62,670 bases of DNA, filler included, from Vannella sp. (GCA_023345925.1; 6 parts of 6 records of this genome joined end to end with filler, not necessarily neighbours in it), one strand, 5' to 3'. Numbered from the whole stretch's first letter, positions 1 through 11,756 are shown. Numbers and translations are program-made. The notes: generated from the sequence alone by a model not told the origin.

Positions 1-89
1 GGCTCAAAAAAGGCTTTGAAGTTCAATTCGTTCTGAATGAACCTCCATCCTTGAAGCGATTCATTTCTAATCCCACCTTCCTCTACCTC

Positions 90-485
90 ATGGTTTCATG
101 GAATCCTCTCATTCTCCACTTGGTCCGCTCTCCCTTCTCTCAAGAGAACCTCCTTTCGGTGACCACTTACATCAACAATACCACTGACAGTGGCAGCACT
201 CCTCTTCATTACGCTGCCTTACGAAAAGACATCCGCTTCGTCCGCTTCCTGCTGCAGCAAGGCTTGGACGTCAACACCAGCAACCATTACCAAGAGACCG
301 CCCTTCATTGGGCTGTCAAGGCCGGCCACACACAAGTTGTTGAAGAACTCCTTGCAAGTGGCGCACGCCAAACCAGGGACTCTGAGAACCATTCTCCTCT
401 GGACTGGGCCGTGGAGGAGGACCAAGTCCATCTGATCGCGCTCTTGCGGCCTTCCAAATCGCTCCCTTTGCCTCATTCTCTATAA
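90..485 (+). CDS. Small ankyrin-repeat protein
   Basis: ORF contains ankyrin consensus repeats GSTPLHYAA, ETALHWAVKAGH and HSPLDWA. First in-frame ATG is at 90; the true start is uncertain. Confidence 0.8.
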   Translation: MVSWNPLILHLVRSPFSQENLLSVTTYINNTTDSGSTPLHYAALRKDIRFVRFLLQQGLDVNTSNHYQETALHWAVKAGHTQVVEELLASGARQTRDSENHSPLDWAVEEDQVHLIALLRPSKSLPLPHSL

Positions 486-557
486 CCTCTTTGAATAACA
501 CCTTGTACTCTACTCTCACTTCACTTTTGAGTCACTTTGGGGCACTTTCTGTTCGTC

Positions 558-1748
558 ATGAGGTCTGGACGGGGAACCGCAATGGAGCCTGCGGCCAGTA
601 GTGAGGTTGCCAACCCGATAGAGCAGTGGGATAACGTCGAAGCGTATGTTTTGTATGGTTCTGAGCTGTCCTACTTCACCCGGAAGCTCCATGCAGCGCT
701 ACTTTGGTCTCCAGGGCTGAACTTTTCTTGGTATACCAAAGGTGCGGACATCAAGGCTGAGGTTGAGCAGCGCTCTGGTACACGGCAGATACCCTTGCTT
801 CTTACACCTGAGAACTGGATGCTGGCGGACACCACACCGGCAATGCAGCTGCTAGATAGCCGCGTGAAGGTGCCCAATGGCCTTTTCTACCCCTCAGGGT
901 TGACTGGAGCCCTTGTCTACATGATGGAAGAGTACTTTGACGAATGGATCCCCAGTATGGCTGTCTACTATCGATGGTGCTTCAAGGACTGTGTCAACCA
1001 CGCAAAGCCGCGCTTGGTACGCTCCATGGTGCCCGAATCAGCCTCCTATGAGGAGGTCAATGCAGCTGGAGAGACTCTACAAACATGGGGCAACCGTGTT
1101 GTCAAGGTCTTGGGCATGGACAATGCCTCCAATGTGCAACGGATGGAAGAAGAGTTCCTGGAGGTTTTCCAGGCCCTCGAACAGCATCTGACAGAGCTCT
1201 ACGACCAAGTGACAGACCGCCGTCGTATGATCTTCCTCCTAGGCGATGGAACTCCCTGTGCCCTGGATGCAGTCATCCTGGGGAGCTTGTGGGCCCATTT
1301 CCTGGAGGATCCAGTGCCCCGAGCCATCTTCCAGACTGAATACCCACACATCTGCAAGTGGTCCAGTGAGAGCTACTACATGGCTAAAACGAAGGACTTC
1401 CCGCCTTGGGCGAAGCACAGAAAGCTGGACCCGCATGATCTCCCGCCCTTTTTCCGTCTTGTCCTGAGCAAGATGGGTTCTAGCTATCTTCCCTGGCTCA
1501 CTGCTAATATGCATGCACTAGCTGAGGGCAGGGAGACCTTCACTCTTAGCCTGGACCCGGAAATCCACCGAGTGTCTGATCAAGTCACTTACAAGACTCG
1601 CTCTTATCCTGAGAAGAGCCGTCGTTTGATGTTGCGATGGATTGCACATCACCTCAGTCCTCAGAATAAGGTGGATTTGATCACTCTCTTGCGCGAGTTC
1701 CACTTGGAAGAGTTTGTTACAGGAGCCATTCCTCGCCCTCGTTTGTAA
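558..1748 (+). CDS. Glutathione S-transferase-fold protein (long, bacterial-like subtype), intronless
   Basis: N-terminal thioredoxin-like motifs LYGSELSYFTRKL, QIPLL (cis-Pro) and LADTT. C-terminal FLLGD..PCALD..ILGSLWAHFLEDPVP resembles the GST C-domain N-capping region. Confidence 0.7.
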   Translation: MRSGRGTAMEPAASSEVANPIEQWDNVEAYVLYGSELSYFTRKLHAALLWSPGLNFSWYTKGADIKAEVEQRSGTRQIPLLLTPENWMLADTTPAMQLLDSRVKVPNGLFYPSGLTGALVYMMEEYFDEWIPSMAVYYRWCFKDCVNHAKPRLVRSMVPESASYEEVNAAGETLQTWGNRVVKVLGMDNASNVQRMEEEFLEVFQALEQHLTELYDQVTDRRRMIFLLGDGTPCALDAVILGSLWAHFLEDPVPRAIFQTEYPHICKWSSESYYMAKTKDFPPWAKHRKLDPHDLPPFFRLVLSKMGSSYLPWLTANMHALAEGRETFTLSLDPEIHRVSDQVTYKTRSYPEKSRRLMLRWIAHHLSPQNKVDLITLLREFHLEEFVTGAIPRPRL

Positions 1749-2110
1749 CTTCGCTGCTAAACGTTTAAACCAAACCTGTCTTCTCCAAGTGTGAGAACTT
1801 TCTCAGCGCCTGTTCTCAGGTATTCAGAGGTCAATGCCTGCTGTTACCCAGCTATTTCCATTCGAGTGATTGTCTCACTTCTTGAATGTGAGTTTCCATG
1901 TGGATTTCTTCAATCAGGAACGCTTTCTGGTTTCAGGGAGAGGGGTTCCTTCTTGGGAGCATATGAGAGAGGGCCTAAGCCTCTTCCATGAAGGCAAAGA
2001 CTCATTCATGTTGAGAACAAAGTCTATTTGCTTTCCAGTATGTTCAGGATGATGGCCCTTTTGAAGCAGATGAGAGTTTGGCAAGTACGGTGGATAGGAT
2101 GACATGACAT

Positions 2111-3128
2111 TCAACCCCGCCACGAAGAGAATAATCCGAAAACACCGCTCTTCTGATGAGCAGCTGACTTCTCGACCTCCTTAACACCTTGCTCGATGTC
2201 AAACCGTGAATGTTCGATGGAGTTTTCGATGCTGTCTAAAGCCACGTTAGAGAGTCCCATTAACTGATGAAGGGAAGTAAGGAGTGGACATTACCAATCA
2301 AAGGAGCTTGTTGCTCGACCAAATCGTGGAGATCTTGGAACATGCCACGCACTTCCAGCATGTTCTTTTGGATGTCTGCGATACCCTCTTCTCTTTCAGC
2401 AATAATCAGATCCTGAACATCCAAGTCCTGCTCCACAAGCGCCAGTTCTTGACGAGAGAGTCTCGGCTCTTGCAGGGCAAGGTTGCTACGTTCCTCGCTG
2501 AGAGCCTAGTGAGGGGAGGTATACCCTCATAGATGACTGTACCGACCTATAGTAGCCTCCAGACGAATCAGAGCCAGGGGGAGGAGGAATCTTCTCTTTC
2601 GCCATCCACTCTTTCGATAGCTTTGTGTAGGAGTCAAGACGCTGCTTAAGTTCGTTAGACATCTTTGTTGCCAGCTTCTTTCTCTCCTGCCAACACCACA
2701 TCAGCCCACAGCCTCACAATAACGAGTTCTCCGATTACCAGACGGGTCGGTTGATCAGGCGTGCCCTGTACTTGGTTGGCGAGTGTTCGGGTGAGCTCAG
2801 AAGCTCTTTCACACAAGAACTTCAAGTCCTTTAACTGGCTCCCACTGCAAACGTGAGGGGAAGTCGAGAACGAAAGGCCAAGATCGATCACTTACATCTG
2901 TCCTCGCATCTTGATGCTATCTCCTGGTGTCCCAATGCGGGAGACCAAGCTCTGTAGTCGAGAGATATCAGACGAGAGGCAAGACAAGGAGAGCAAGCTG
3001 TTCTCATGAAGTTGGTCCCATGTGGGAGCAGGCGGAGGAGAGAACCCAAAAGACTGAGGTGTTGGAGAGGCGTTGAACTGTTCCAACAGGCCCCCTCCCC
3101 GAGGACCTTGTGAGGTGGCAAAGGACAT
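2111..3128 (-). CDS. Syntaxin-7/12 (Pep12/Vam3)-like Qa-SNARE, multi-exon, no C-terminal transmembrane helix
   Basis: First exon has Habc-like LQSLVSRIGTPGDSIKMR. Spliced C-terminus is IIAEREEGIADIQKNMLEVRGMFQDLHDLVEQQAPLIDSIENSIEHSRFDIEQGVKEVEKSAAHQKSGVFGLFSSWRG* (t-SNARE helix). Last intron is about 2237-2294; stop at 2111-2113. Confidence 0.85.
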
Positions 3129-3198
3129 GTCCCTGAAAGAAGAAGCCGAGAAAATGCCAAAAGGAAGACTTCACCTTGCCCATCCCAACCAAAACAAC

Positions 3199-3233
3199 CC
3201 AAAAAGTGAAAAAATGAAATCAGTCCAAAAGCT
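3199..3233. repeat. Dispersed repeat, copy 1 (near-identical to 31324-31357)
   Basis: CCAAAAAGTGAAAAAATGAAATCAGTCCAAAAGCT versus CCAAAAAGTGAAAAATGGAATCAGTCCAAAAGCT: one indel and one substitution. Confidence 0.8.
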
Positions 3234-3665
3234 TATCTTGAAGAGATGGAGCTCATCAGGACAAGCTACGCAAACACTAGTATCAGCATTTGATGTCAAC
3301 CTGCCAGTTCAGAGCTGAGAGATGGTCCCCTTGGCCTCAGCAGCGTTCTACAGCTTAAGCTTGAGTAAAAACACCGCGGTCAGCATGTGCCAGTTTGACG
3401 TTTAAGTGGAACAGCCCTCTAATGTCCTCGATCCTGCTCATCACTCAAGCAATCTCTCCTCTCTCTCATTGTCCTGTCCAGCCCGCTCTCCCTCGCCCCT
3501 TCAATCATAGCAGAAAGAAGAGCGCCCGGTTCTTCCCACTTCATGAGAAGGGCGGTCCACCACTCGAGCGGAGTCTAAATGTCGTCATACCAGAGCAGAA
3601 GGACCAACATGGCTTCCTTTAGGCGTCAAGGGGCTGTGAGGTGTTGTTTAGAAGGAAGCAGCGAG

Positions 3666-4148
3666 TTAGATCGTCTTCTCGTCGAGTGTAGAAGGGGCCT
3701 GATCAAGGCTCTGTTGACGGAAGTGCTCAGCAATCTTGTCCATGTCCTCTGCGTGTTCCTTCATCTTATAGATCATACTGTTCACAGGTGTGTCGGAGAG
3801 AGAGACGTAGGCCTTCTTGAAACCGGAGCGCTTCTTGTAACGTCTTCCCCTTCGCGCGGGACCAGGAGCGCCGTGGTGCCCCAGAGCAGGCTCATAGTTG
3901 AGGGTGTTCACCTTCTTCACATGGAAGCCATACACAGAGGTCAGAAGCTGCTTGATCTCGAACTTGGTGTTCTTAGGATCCGTACGGAAAGAAAGAACGG
4001 GATTACGCGGGTCCTTGGCTCGCATTAACCCCAATCGAATGTTAGGAAAGTACTCCTTCTTCCCGTACTTCCAAAGATACTCGTTCGTCACTGGATGACG
4101 AAAGAACTGCTTAGCACTTTGAAAGCCGCTCTTACTCAAAGCCGCCAT
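3666..4148 (-). CDS. MRPL23: Mitochondrial ribosomal protein uL23m
   Basis: L23 motifs YFPN, FRTDPKNTKFEIKQLLTSVYGFHVKKVNTLNY and FKKAYVSL. N-terminus is basic and presequence-like. Confidence 0.88.
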   Translation of the reverse strand: MAALSKSGFQSAKQFFRHPVTNEYLWKYGKKEYFPNIRLGLMRAKDPRNPVLSFRTDPKNTKFEIKQLLTSVYGFHVKKVNTLNYEPALGHHGAPGPARRGRRYKKRSGFKKAYVSLSDTPVNSMIYKMKEHAEDMDKIAEHFRQQSLDQAPSTLDEKTI

Positions 4149-4256
4149 CCTCACAATGAGCATTTCCCCTCCCCCTTGTCCCAGCCCCGTCACCCTTTGT
4201 TTTGCTTATAAAATAGGATTTTTAAGAGTGTGGAAAGGGGCCATTCTTTGGTGGGC

Positions 4257-7200
4257 ATGTTTCACTCGAAGCGCTTTCAGTTCTTCGAGTCTGCGCTGAT
4301 CACAGCGACGGGGGATAACAACCAGAATGATCCTCATCCTCTGTTTAAGGTATGGTGGGAGAGGCAGGTGGCGGGAGTGGCTGACGGCGGGGTGGGTAGG
4401 AGTTGAGTATCGTTTGCACTGCTTCTGGCCGTGGGCGACTGCTCTTTGGTGATTCGCAGGGGTTCATCAACATGGTGGATCGCGACTTTAGTGCAAAGGC
4501 CTTTCAGGCCCACAAGCGCACCGTCCAGTTGATCCAGCAGCTCAAACAGCGCTCAATTCTCCTCACCCTTGGTGCAGACGACGATGCCTTCTCACATACC
4601 ATCAAGCTATGGGATATGGACAAGGAAGAGCGTTCTGGAGACCCTGTGTGCCTTAAGACGATCCAATTACAGTCCAAATCAACCTCTTCCATCCCAGTAA
4701 GTCTCCTTCTTCCGTTTTGACGCTCTCTCCTGATCCCTCCGGCTCCCAGATTACTTGTATGTCAGCTAGAGAGGATCTGAGTGAGATGGTAGTGGGATAC
4801 TGCGATGGAAGCATCCTTTTGGTGTACAACGGAGTCGTCGGGAACGCAAAGCAGGTAAGGGCGCTTCTCCTTCTCACTATGATAGCACAAGAGTGACCTC
4901 CTTGGTAGAAAATGATCCGAGCAGCAGACGAGATCCCTATCACCTTCCTTGGATGGAAGGAAGCGAGCAAAGCAAGTGCCTTGTTCGCTGTAACGGCCAC
5001 GTCCGTGTCCGCCTTCCCTGTGAGCACCTTCCAAGAGGAAGAGATTGATGCACAAGGATGTCCACTAGAGTGCGGACTCATTAGCAATGAGTGTGACCTT
5101 CTTGTGGGCCGGTCAGAAGCCATCTACTTCTACTCACCCGAAGGCCGAGGCCCCTGCCTGGCCTTTGATGGAGAAAAGAAGATACTCTCATGGTTCCGCA
5201 ACAACCTTATCGTGGTAGGTGTCACGCAGACACGCAACAGTGTCAATATCTACGACATGAAGAACAAGTTCACCGCCTTCTCTGGCACTTACCAGCACAT
5301 TACCCACGTGCTCACCGAATGGGGACTTATCTTCATCCTGACAAGAGATGGGCGCGCTTATCAGCTCACAGAAACGGACACTCAAAGCAAACTGGAGACG
5401 CTTTACATGAAACACAACTATCAGTTGGCTATCAACCTCGCCTCGTCCCAGCAATACGACTACAACTCTATTGTAGACATCTACCGCAAGTATGGTGACC
5501 ATCTGTATGGCAAGGGAGACTTCCAGGCTGCTGTATCACAGTATGTGAAGACCATTGGTGGACTAGAACCGTCCTATGTCATCCGCAAGTTCTTGGATGC
5601 TCAGCAGATCCACAACTTAACCTCCTATCTGCAAGCTCTCCATGAGAGGAACAAGGCCAATGCGGACCACACGACTTTGCTTCTCAATTGCTATACCAAG
5701 CTCAAAGACGTTAGCAAGCTGGATGAGTTTATCCGAAAGGACTCTGGGTACCAGTTTGACTTGGAGACTGCTATTAAGGTTTGCAGACAGGCAGGGTACT
5801 TTAATCATGCCTTACAACTGGCTTTGTCTCATGGCAGGCACGAATGGTACCTGAAAATCCTCTTAGAGGACTCTAACAACTATGAGAAGGCGTTGGACTA
5901 CATTTCAACGCTCAATTTCACTTGTGCCGAGGCGAATATGAAGAAGTACGGAAAAGCCATGATGAGTGTCCTCCCAGAACGCACAACAAGCTTTTTGATG
6001 TCTCTTTGCACTTTCTATGTTCCTCAGCACTCTTCTGAGTTTAGTGGGACGAGGACTACGACAGAGACAGGCGCACTGCCCAGCTCTATCTTGGCTGACT
6101 TGGACCAAATGGTAAGAAAGTCTTTCTAGAGGATGGATTCCTTATCGCTCATATCACTTCAGATGGAGGCTGATGAGAGACCCAGAGCCAGGCCAGAGGA
6201 GTTCATTCATATTTTCATCAACAGTGAAGAATGGCTCGTCCGCCTTCTCGAGTATGTTCTAGAAAAGGACTCTTCGCCCCACAGCTCCGCTGTTTATGAC
6301 ACCCTCTTGGAGCTGTACCTTCAAGATGATGTACGAGAGAAGCAATCCAACACTGAGCCTAATCTAATCTGAACTACAGGACCTTCTGGACGCAGAACTC
6401 AGTCTGAAGCAGCGAGAACTTGCTGTGCGCCAAGGAAAAGCCAGAAAGCTTCTACAAGACGACAATGTAAGTTTCATAGGTGATTCATATCTTAGACTCA
6501 TTTCAACAGGCGGTGTTTGACGATCACCACGCTCTGGCACTTTGCCGCCAATACAATTTCAAGGAGGGAATCCTGTTCCTATACAAACGCCAGAAGATGT
6601 TCAACGAGATTATCGAGTATCACATGGACAACAACGAGTACAAGGAGCTCATTGTGGCCTGCAAACAGCACGGGTAGGCTCCCAGTGAACTTCATTCGCT
6701 CGGCTCTAATTGGTCATTGCAGAGGCTCAGATCCTAACCTTTGGGTCCAAACCTTGAGCTACTTCTCCCTTAAACCGGGAGATGAGTGTTTGGATGAAAT
6801 CTCGCAAGTTCTAGCGCAAATTGACAAAGAGAGTCTGTTGCCCCCGCTTTTGGTTCTTAAAATTCTTCGCCAGAAAGGCTGTGCCACTCTTGGCCTGATC
6901 AAGAAGTACATCATCCGTCGCCTTTCGGATGACCAGGAACAGATCAATGCAGTCCAGTTGCAGATTCGGGATAACACAAAGAACACCGAGGACATGCGCG
7001 ATGAGATAACTGGCCTTCGCACTGGCGCCCGTATCTTCAAGATCAACAAGTGTAGTCAATGCTCTCAACCGTTGGACTTGCCAGCAGTTCATTTCTTGTG
7101 CATGCACTCGTACCATGCCCGCTGCATGGGAGAAGAGGATGAGTGCTGGCTTTGTGCCGACGAGAACCGTCACGTTCTAGAAATCAAGCGCTCTCTCGAG

Positions 7201-7317
7201 GCAAACGTGGGCAAGCATGACCAATTCTTCAAACAATTGAAAGAGTCCCAGGATGGCTTTGCCACTGCAGCAGAGTACTTTGGACGAGGAGTCTTCAACA
7301 AACCTCTCAAAGATTAA
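4257..7317 (+). CDS. VPS11: Vacuolar protein sorting 11 (HOPS/CORVET core subunit), multi-exon
   Basis: N-terminal MFHSKRFQFFE; GRGPCLAFDGEKK; YGDHLYGKGDF..A..QY.KTIG.LEPSYVIRKFLDAQ; C-terminal RING C..C..LDLPAVHFLCMHSYH..C; ends AEYFGRGVF. Confidence 0.97.
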
Positions 7318-7373
7318 GGAAGCTCAAACGACCGGCAACAAACAGTCCGTATGAAGTTATATGTCTGTTACTG

Positions 7374-8395
7374 TTATTGAGGTGTTTGAGTGGGAGCCTT
7401 TTTGTGCGCTCCAAAGGCATCGTAAGCATGGCGAGACCCGGAAAGGCCAAAACGTGAAAAGCGATAGGCCATGACGCTGAGAACTAATCCCAGCGTTCCC
7501 CACGTCAGAAGGTAGTTCAAGTGATTGTTGGGCAATGTGATGTTGGTTTGCCCTCCAAGAGGGTACTTGGCAGAGGGTTCTATCTGGTACGAAGACACTT
7601 CAACGACGACCGGAAGACAATCCGGGCCAATGCGTTGGGCCATTGTGGGGGCGTCCAACCAAAACCAGTAGTTTCCTGCCTCGTTGTTATCGGGAGTCCA
7701 TTGGGTACGATCTCCACTCCCTCTTAAGAACCCTCGCAAGGTCACTTGACCGTTCACTTGACCGTCTAACCGGGCGGCTTGGGACTTTTTCAAATGTGGG
7801 ACCCATCCTCGGTTCACGAGGATGATTGCGCTGATCTCTGTCAGTGAGGGCGTCTCTGGTGAGTAGCTTACTCTGAATCGTTCAGCTGGAAGGGAGTGAC
7901 AATGTGGAAACCGGATTGCCCTTCACAAGAGCGTGGGCCAACGTGGAACTCCTTCGCATGGAGGAACTCGCCAGTTATCATAACAGGGCGGAACTCATGC
8001 TTGACTAAGAACTCTTTGGGATCCCGTCTTGGAGCCCGAGATGAGAGGAAGCCTTGAGCTCCGGCATGTTCTCTTACCCAGCAAGGAGATCTGTTGTGAA
8101 TGGGACGATCTGCGTGGCCAGCCGTCGGTGGCGATCATCGATCATCTCTTTCTTTCTGTTTAGCCTCTGATACTGCCAGATGCTCAGCCCAAAGCAGAAC
8201 CCTGGTAGCACCCAAAACAAATGACGGAAAGGACTCTGTCGATCTTGTCCCCCCATCAGTCCTCCTCCACCCAGCATCAACAAACACACCATCTATCTCC
8301 TCTTCATGCACCGACTCCGCCACGCCACGATGTACCACTTGTCGGAGAAGGGCCCTACCCGGAAGGGCTCTCCTCCCCATTGCAGCCCGCAGCAT
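7374..8395 (-). CDS. SURF1: SURF1/Shy1 cytochrome c oxidase assembly factor, multi-exon
   Basis: FGLSIWQYQRL..K, VNRGWVP, WTPDN...NYWFWLD, YPLGGQT..LPNNHLNYLLTW; mitochondrial presequence-like N-terminus. Confidence 0.93.
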
Positions 8396-8502
8396 CAAGC
8401 TCCTAAAATATCTTCAAAATATCTTCAATCAGGAACATTTCCCATCGAAACGAATTATATCAGACATTTGGCAGAAATTGGAGAATATTGTGCCATTTTT
8501 TG

Positions 8503-11500
8503 ATGGCCTTGTTGGAGCGGTTGGAGAGGGAGCTGGAGTGTGCTGTCTGCTTTGAGGCTCTCCGAGCTCCGAAGACTTTGCCGTGTTTACACTCTTTTTG
8601 CTGCGAGTGTTTGGTCTCTCTGGAGCGAGAGGGGGAGTTGGCGTGTCCTTCCTGTCGCCAAGTTGTGAACGCTCCAGTGGGATCTTTGCCTTCGAACTTT
8701 CATCTTGCAAGTCTTGTAGATCGCCTTGTTGAACTGAAGCAAGCTGAGAACACTGACGCGTGGGAAGAGCTCCTAGCGAAGGCTAATGTGATCCAAACTC
8801 CATCCCCGAGTCATGACCATAAGCCTACTCCACTTGTTTACCGCTCTCAAGTCTCTCCTGAGGCATCAGAGACCTTTTCTACGACTCAAAACGTCGCAAT
8901 CCCTATGGAATGGCTTCTGCGCCGCTGCCAGCCTGTCAAGTGGGCGAGTTCAACGGGTAGGCAGCAATCATTTGATGGTGAAGAAGCCTAGTGTTGACAC
9001 CAAGCAGGTATATCTGTATCAGGATCGGACGGAAATGCGGGAAATGATGGAAACAACGGCTCCCATGGACAACACGGCACATCTGGGAGAGATGGGAAAG
9101 ACAGTGTATCAACTGCCTTCCGCACGACCCCTGCAGAGGATGGGACAAATGGATCTTCAGGAGAACGGGGCATGAATGGGGAAGTCGGATACACTGGGGG
9201 AGATGGCTGGAATGCCCACGATATCGCAGTACTCCTTGAAGGATCTCCCGAACACCTTGTTGTTCACTACAACGACACTTTCATCAATGTCTCTCTGAAG
9301 CCAGAGCAGCACTTTGTCATTCAAGCTTCGGGTGGAAACGGCGGTAACGGAGGGAAAGGAGGGAATGGAGGAAAAGGTGGAAACGGGTAAGTCTGGCCAT
9401 CATCGTGAATTATTGCCTAACAACGACTGCTGCAGTGGAGCTGGAGGAGTAGGTGGCAAAGGTACTGCTTCTGGGAGTGCTGCTCCTTGCAAAGCTGGAA
9501 ATGGAGGAGAAGGTGGAATTGGGGGTAACGGAGGCCACGGTGCCAATGGAGCCCCAGGTGAGTATGAAATATAGAAGAAAGGAACTGATGAAATGGTAGG
9601 CGGAAGTGCTGGAGACGGAGGTCTCGTTGTTGTGTATGCTTCAGACCCCAAGCTATTCTGGCTCATTCACACCGAATGCAAGCGGGTAAGCTTCTCGAAT
9701 AGGGTTGTCGCTGTTGCTTAACTCTGAATAGGGCACTCCCGGATTGCCCGGTTCCGGTGGAGCGGGAGGGACTGGTGGAGATGGAGGCATTCATGGAATC
9801 CCACAAGGGAACGAGTTACTGGCAAGCAAGCATGCAGCGAAGGGCACTTCTGGTTCTTCTGGAGCCTACGGTGTCTCTGGTAGAGAAGGCCGGGACGGAT
9901 CTACTCTGTTCGTCCTATTTGATGCCAAGAGCGGGAACATCCTTGAACGCTCTTCCACTCTCTTCTACCCATCGATTGAAGAATTTACAATCCGACCAGA
10001 AGTGGATGATGGAGTCATTGAGCCAGGAGAAAGGCTCCGGGTAACTGACATCCGCATCAGGAACACTGGAGAGATGGTTCTGCCTGCAGGGACTTGCATC
10101 AGTCTACAGAGCCTCAAGAACTTTCACTGCAGTGAAAAAGAGTCAACTCACTTCTACTTGACTTCGAATATCGAAAAGAATGGAACATCAGTCCTTTCCG
10201 CGTCACTTTTGGGTCAAGTGGGAGATCTCATGGAAGAATCCTCGTTCAGAGTTCGTACAAGCCTCCTAGGGCGCTACTTTCCAGAGCAAAAGGACTATTC
10301 TCTGGGCTTACCCAAATATCCCATCTTCTTACACCCCTTAAAAGAGCTGTGTGGGTCAACAGGCTCCCTCACCTTTCTACTCATCATCGAAAATCGGTCC
10401 TCACTACCTTATGGCGGTTCATCTCCTCATGGCACTTCCGAAGTTCTGGTGGAGACTGCCGATGGAATCAAATTACTCCATTACAAGAAAGAAGTCTCTG
10501 AGATTGCTCCTTTTCAGCAAGTTGCCGTGGAAGTAACACTTGAATTCCCCGCAAATACGCCATTCTACTCTGAGATACCGTATTATGTCTATCTCAGTCT
10601 AAGGAAGAAAAGTATTCAAGTGGAGAGCCAAGTGGCAAGATGTCTCCCTACCTTTGACTTTGGTCATCCTCAGGCAGATGTTTTAGTCCTTGTCGCCTCT
10701 GGACTGCGGAAGAAGCTGTTTGACTCGATTAAGCATGTGACTGCAGCCCTTGGTCTGTCTTATCAAGTCTGGGATGGAGAGTTGTATCGGTCTCTAACCT
10801 CTTATGAAGGTCACTCAGCTCCTTGGGTGGGCCTTTACTATGGCAAACTAGTAATTCTCGTGGCAGAAGATCGTAAATCCCTCTCAATGCTGGACCAGTG
10901 CGTTTTCCGCGATCACTTTTATGGCACAAACCAACGCTACTCGTCTCTTCTATTCCTCCATCAAGGACAGCCTTCCGACCTTCTTGATCATCTCTTTTCA
11001 CTCAAAGACATGTTTCAAACTGAACAACTCGCAGAAGAGAGGTGTGCTGACTGGTACACAGTGTCAAAAGTGAAAGTCGAGCACATGAGGAAGAAATGCG
11101 ATCTCCTAAGAAAGGACCTTCAAAAAGAGGCTCCAGGCACAATTGTTCAAGTCCATGTCGATTTCCAGCCTCGACTGATTAGAAAGTCACTTGTCTGGCA
11201 GCTTTGGAGTTATGGATATGCGCAGACCCGTGTATTGAACCTTTCCCGGGATTGCCATGCTCGGACTCTCCCCATCTGCCAAGGTTCTATTCCGGAGAAG
11301 CTCCTTTTATCCATAATGGAATCTCTTCCCCTTTCTTCTCAGCTGCATTATCTGACCGCAAAATCTCAGGCGAAACTAATCTCTCTTCGAGATAATCCCA
11401 GGGGCTGGCTGATGAACATTATCAGCTCTCGGTTGGCCAAAGAAGTTCGCTTCTATCACCCTGATACTATCAAGAATCATGTTTCCCATACTGTGGATCT

Positions 11501-11756
11501 TGTGAGCAGGTCCGAAACAGAGAATTACCTCACATTGCTCAAAGACTTGCTCGCTATCCTCTATCGAGTGAATGCAGATCTTCGTCCTTCCTGGCTGACC
11601 AAAGATGCGAACAACATCCACTTAAAGCTTGTGGCATTCCAGGATACACTGAAGGCTCTCGAACAAGCTATCCCTGATCTCTGCCCAAACGAAATCCATG
11701 CTCGAATGGGAAGTACGACAAACAGCAAGTCAGTTTCTTGCTCACTTTGGAGTTAA
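8503..11756 (+). CDS. RING-HC (C3HC4) protein with Gly-X-Y/GGX glycine-rich region and large uncharacterised C-terminal domain, multi-exon
   Basis: TRIM-type RING LECAVCFEALRAPKTLPCLHSFCCECL...CPSCR. GT-AG intron 8957-9007 joins it in frame to GSDGNAGNDGNNGSHG...; further short introns link to the 9744-11756 ORF. Confidence 0.75.

Noticed and set aside
3245..3265. Hammerhead ribozyme core CTGATGAG on the minus strand
   Set aside because: No properly placed GAAA after a stem II, so the catalytic core cannot be completed.
3305..3350. TPP riboswitch-like GCTGAGA...GTCCC
   Set aside because: Lacks the downstream GAACCTGA...TAAT...CG.AGGGA pyrophosphate-binding half.
8989..8997. In-frame TAG/TGA between RING and Gly-rich region as stop-codon readthrough or an alternative genetic code
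   Set aside because: Both stops fall within a canonical GT-AG intron (8957-9007) whose removal restores the frame; genes elsewhere end normally in TAA, TAG and TGA.
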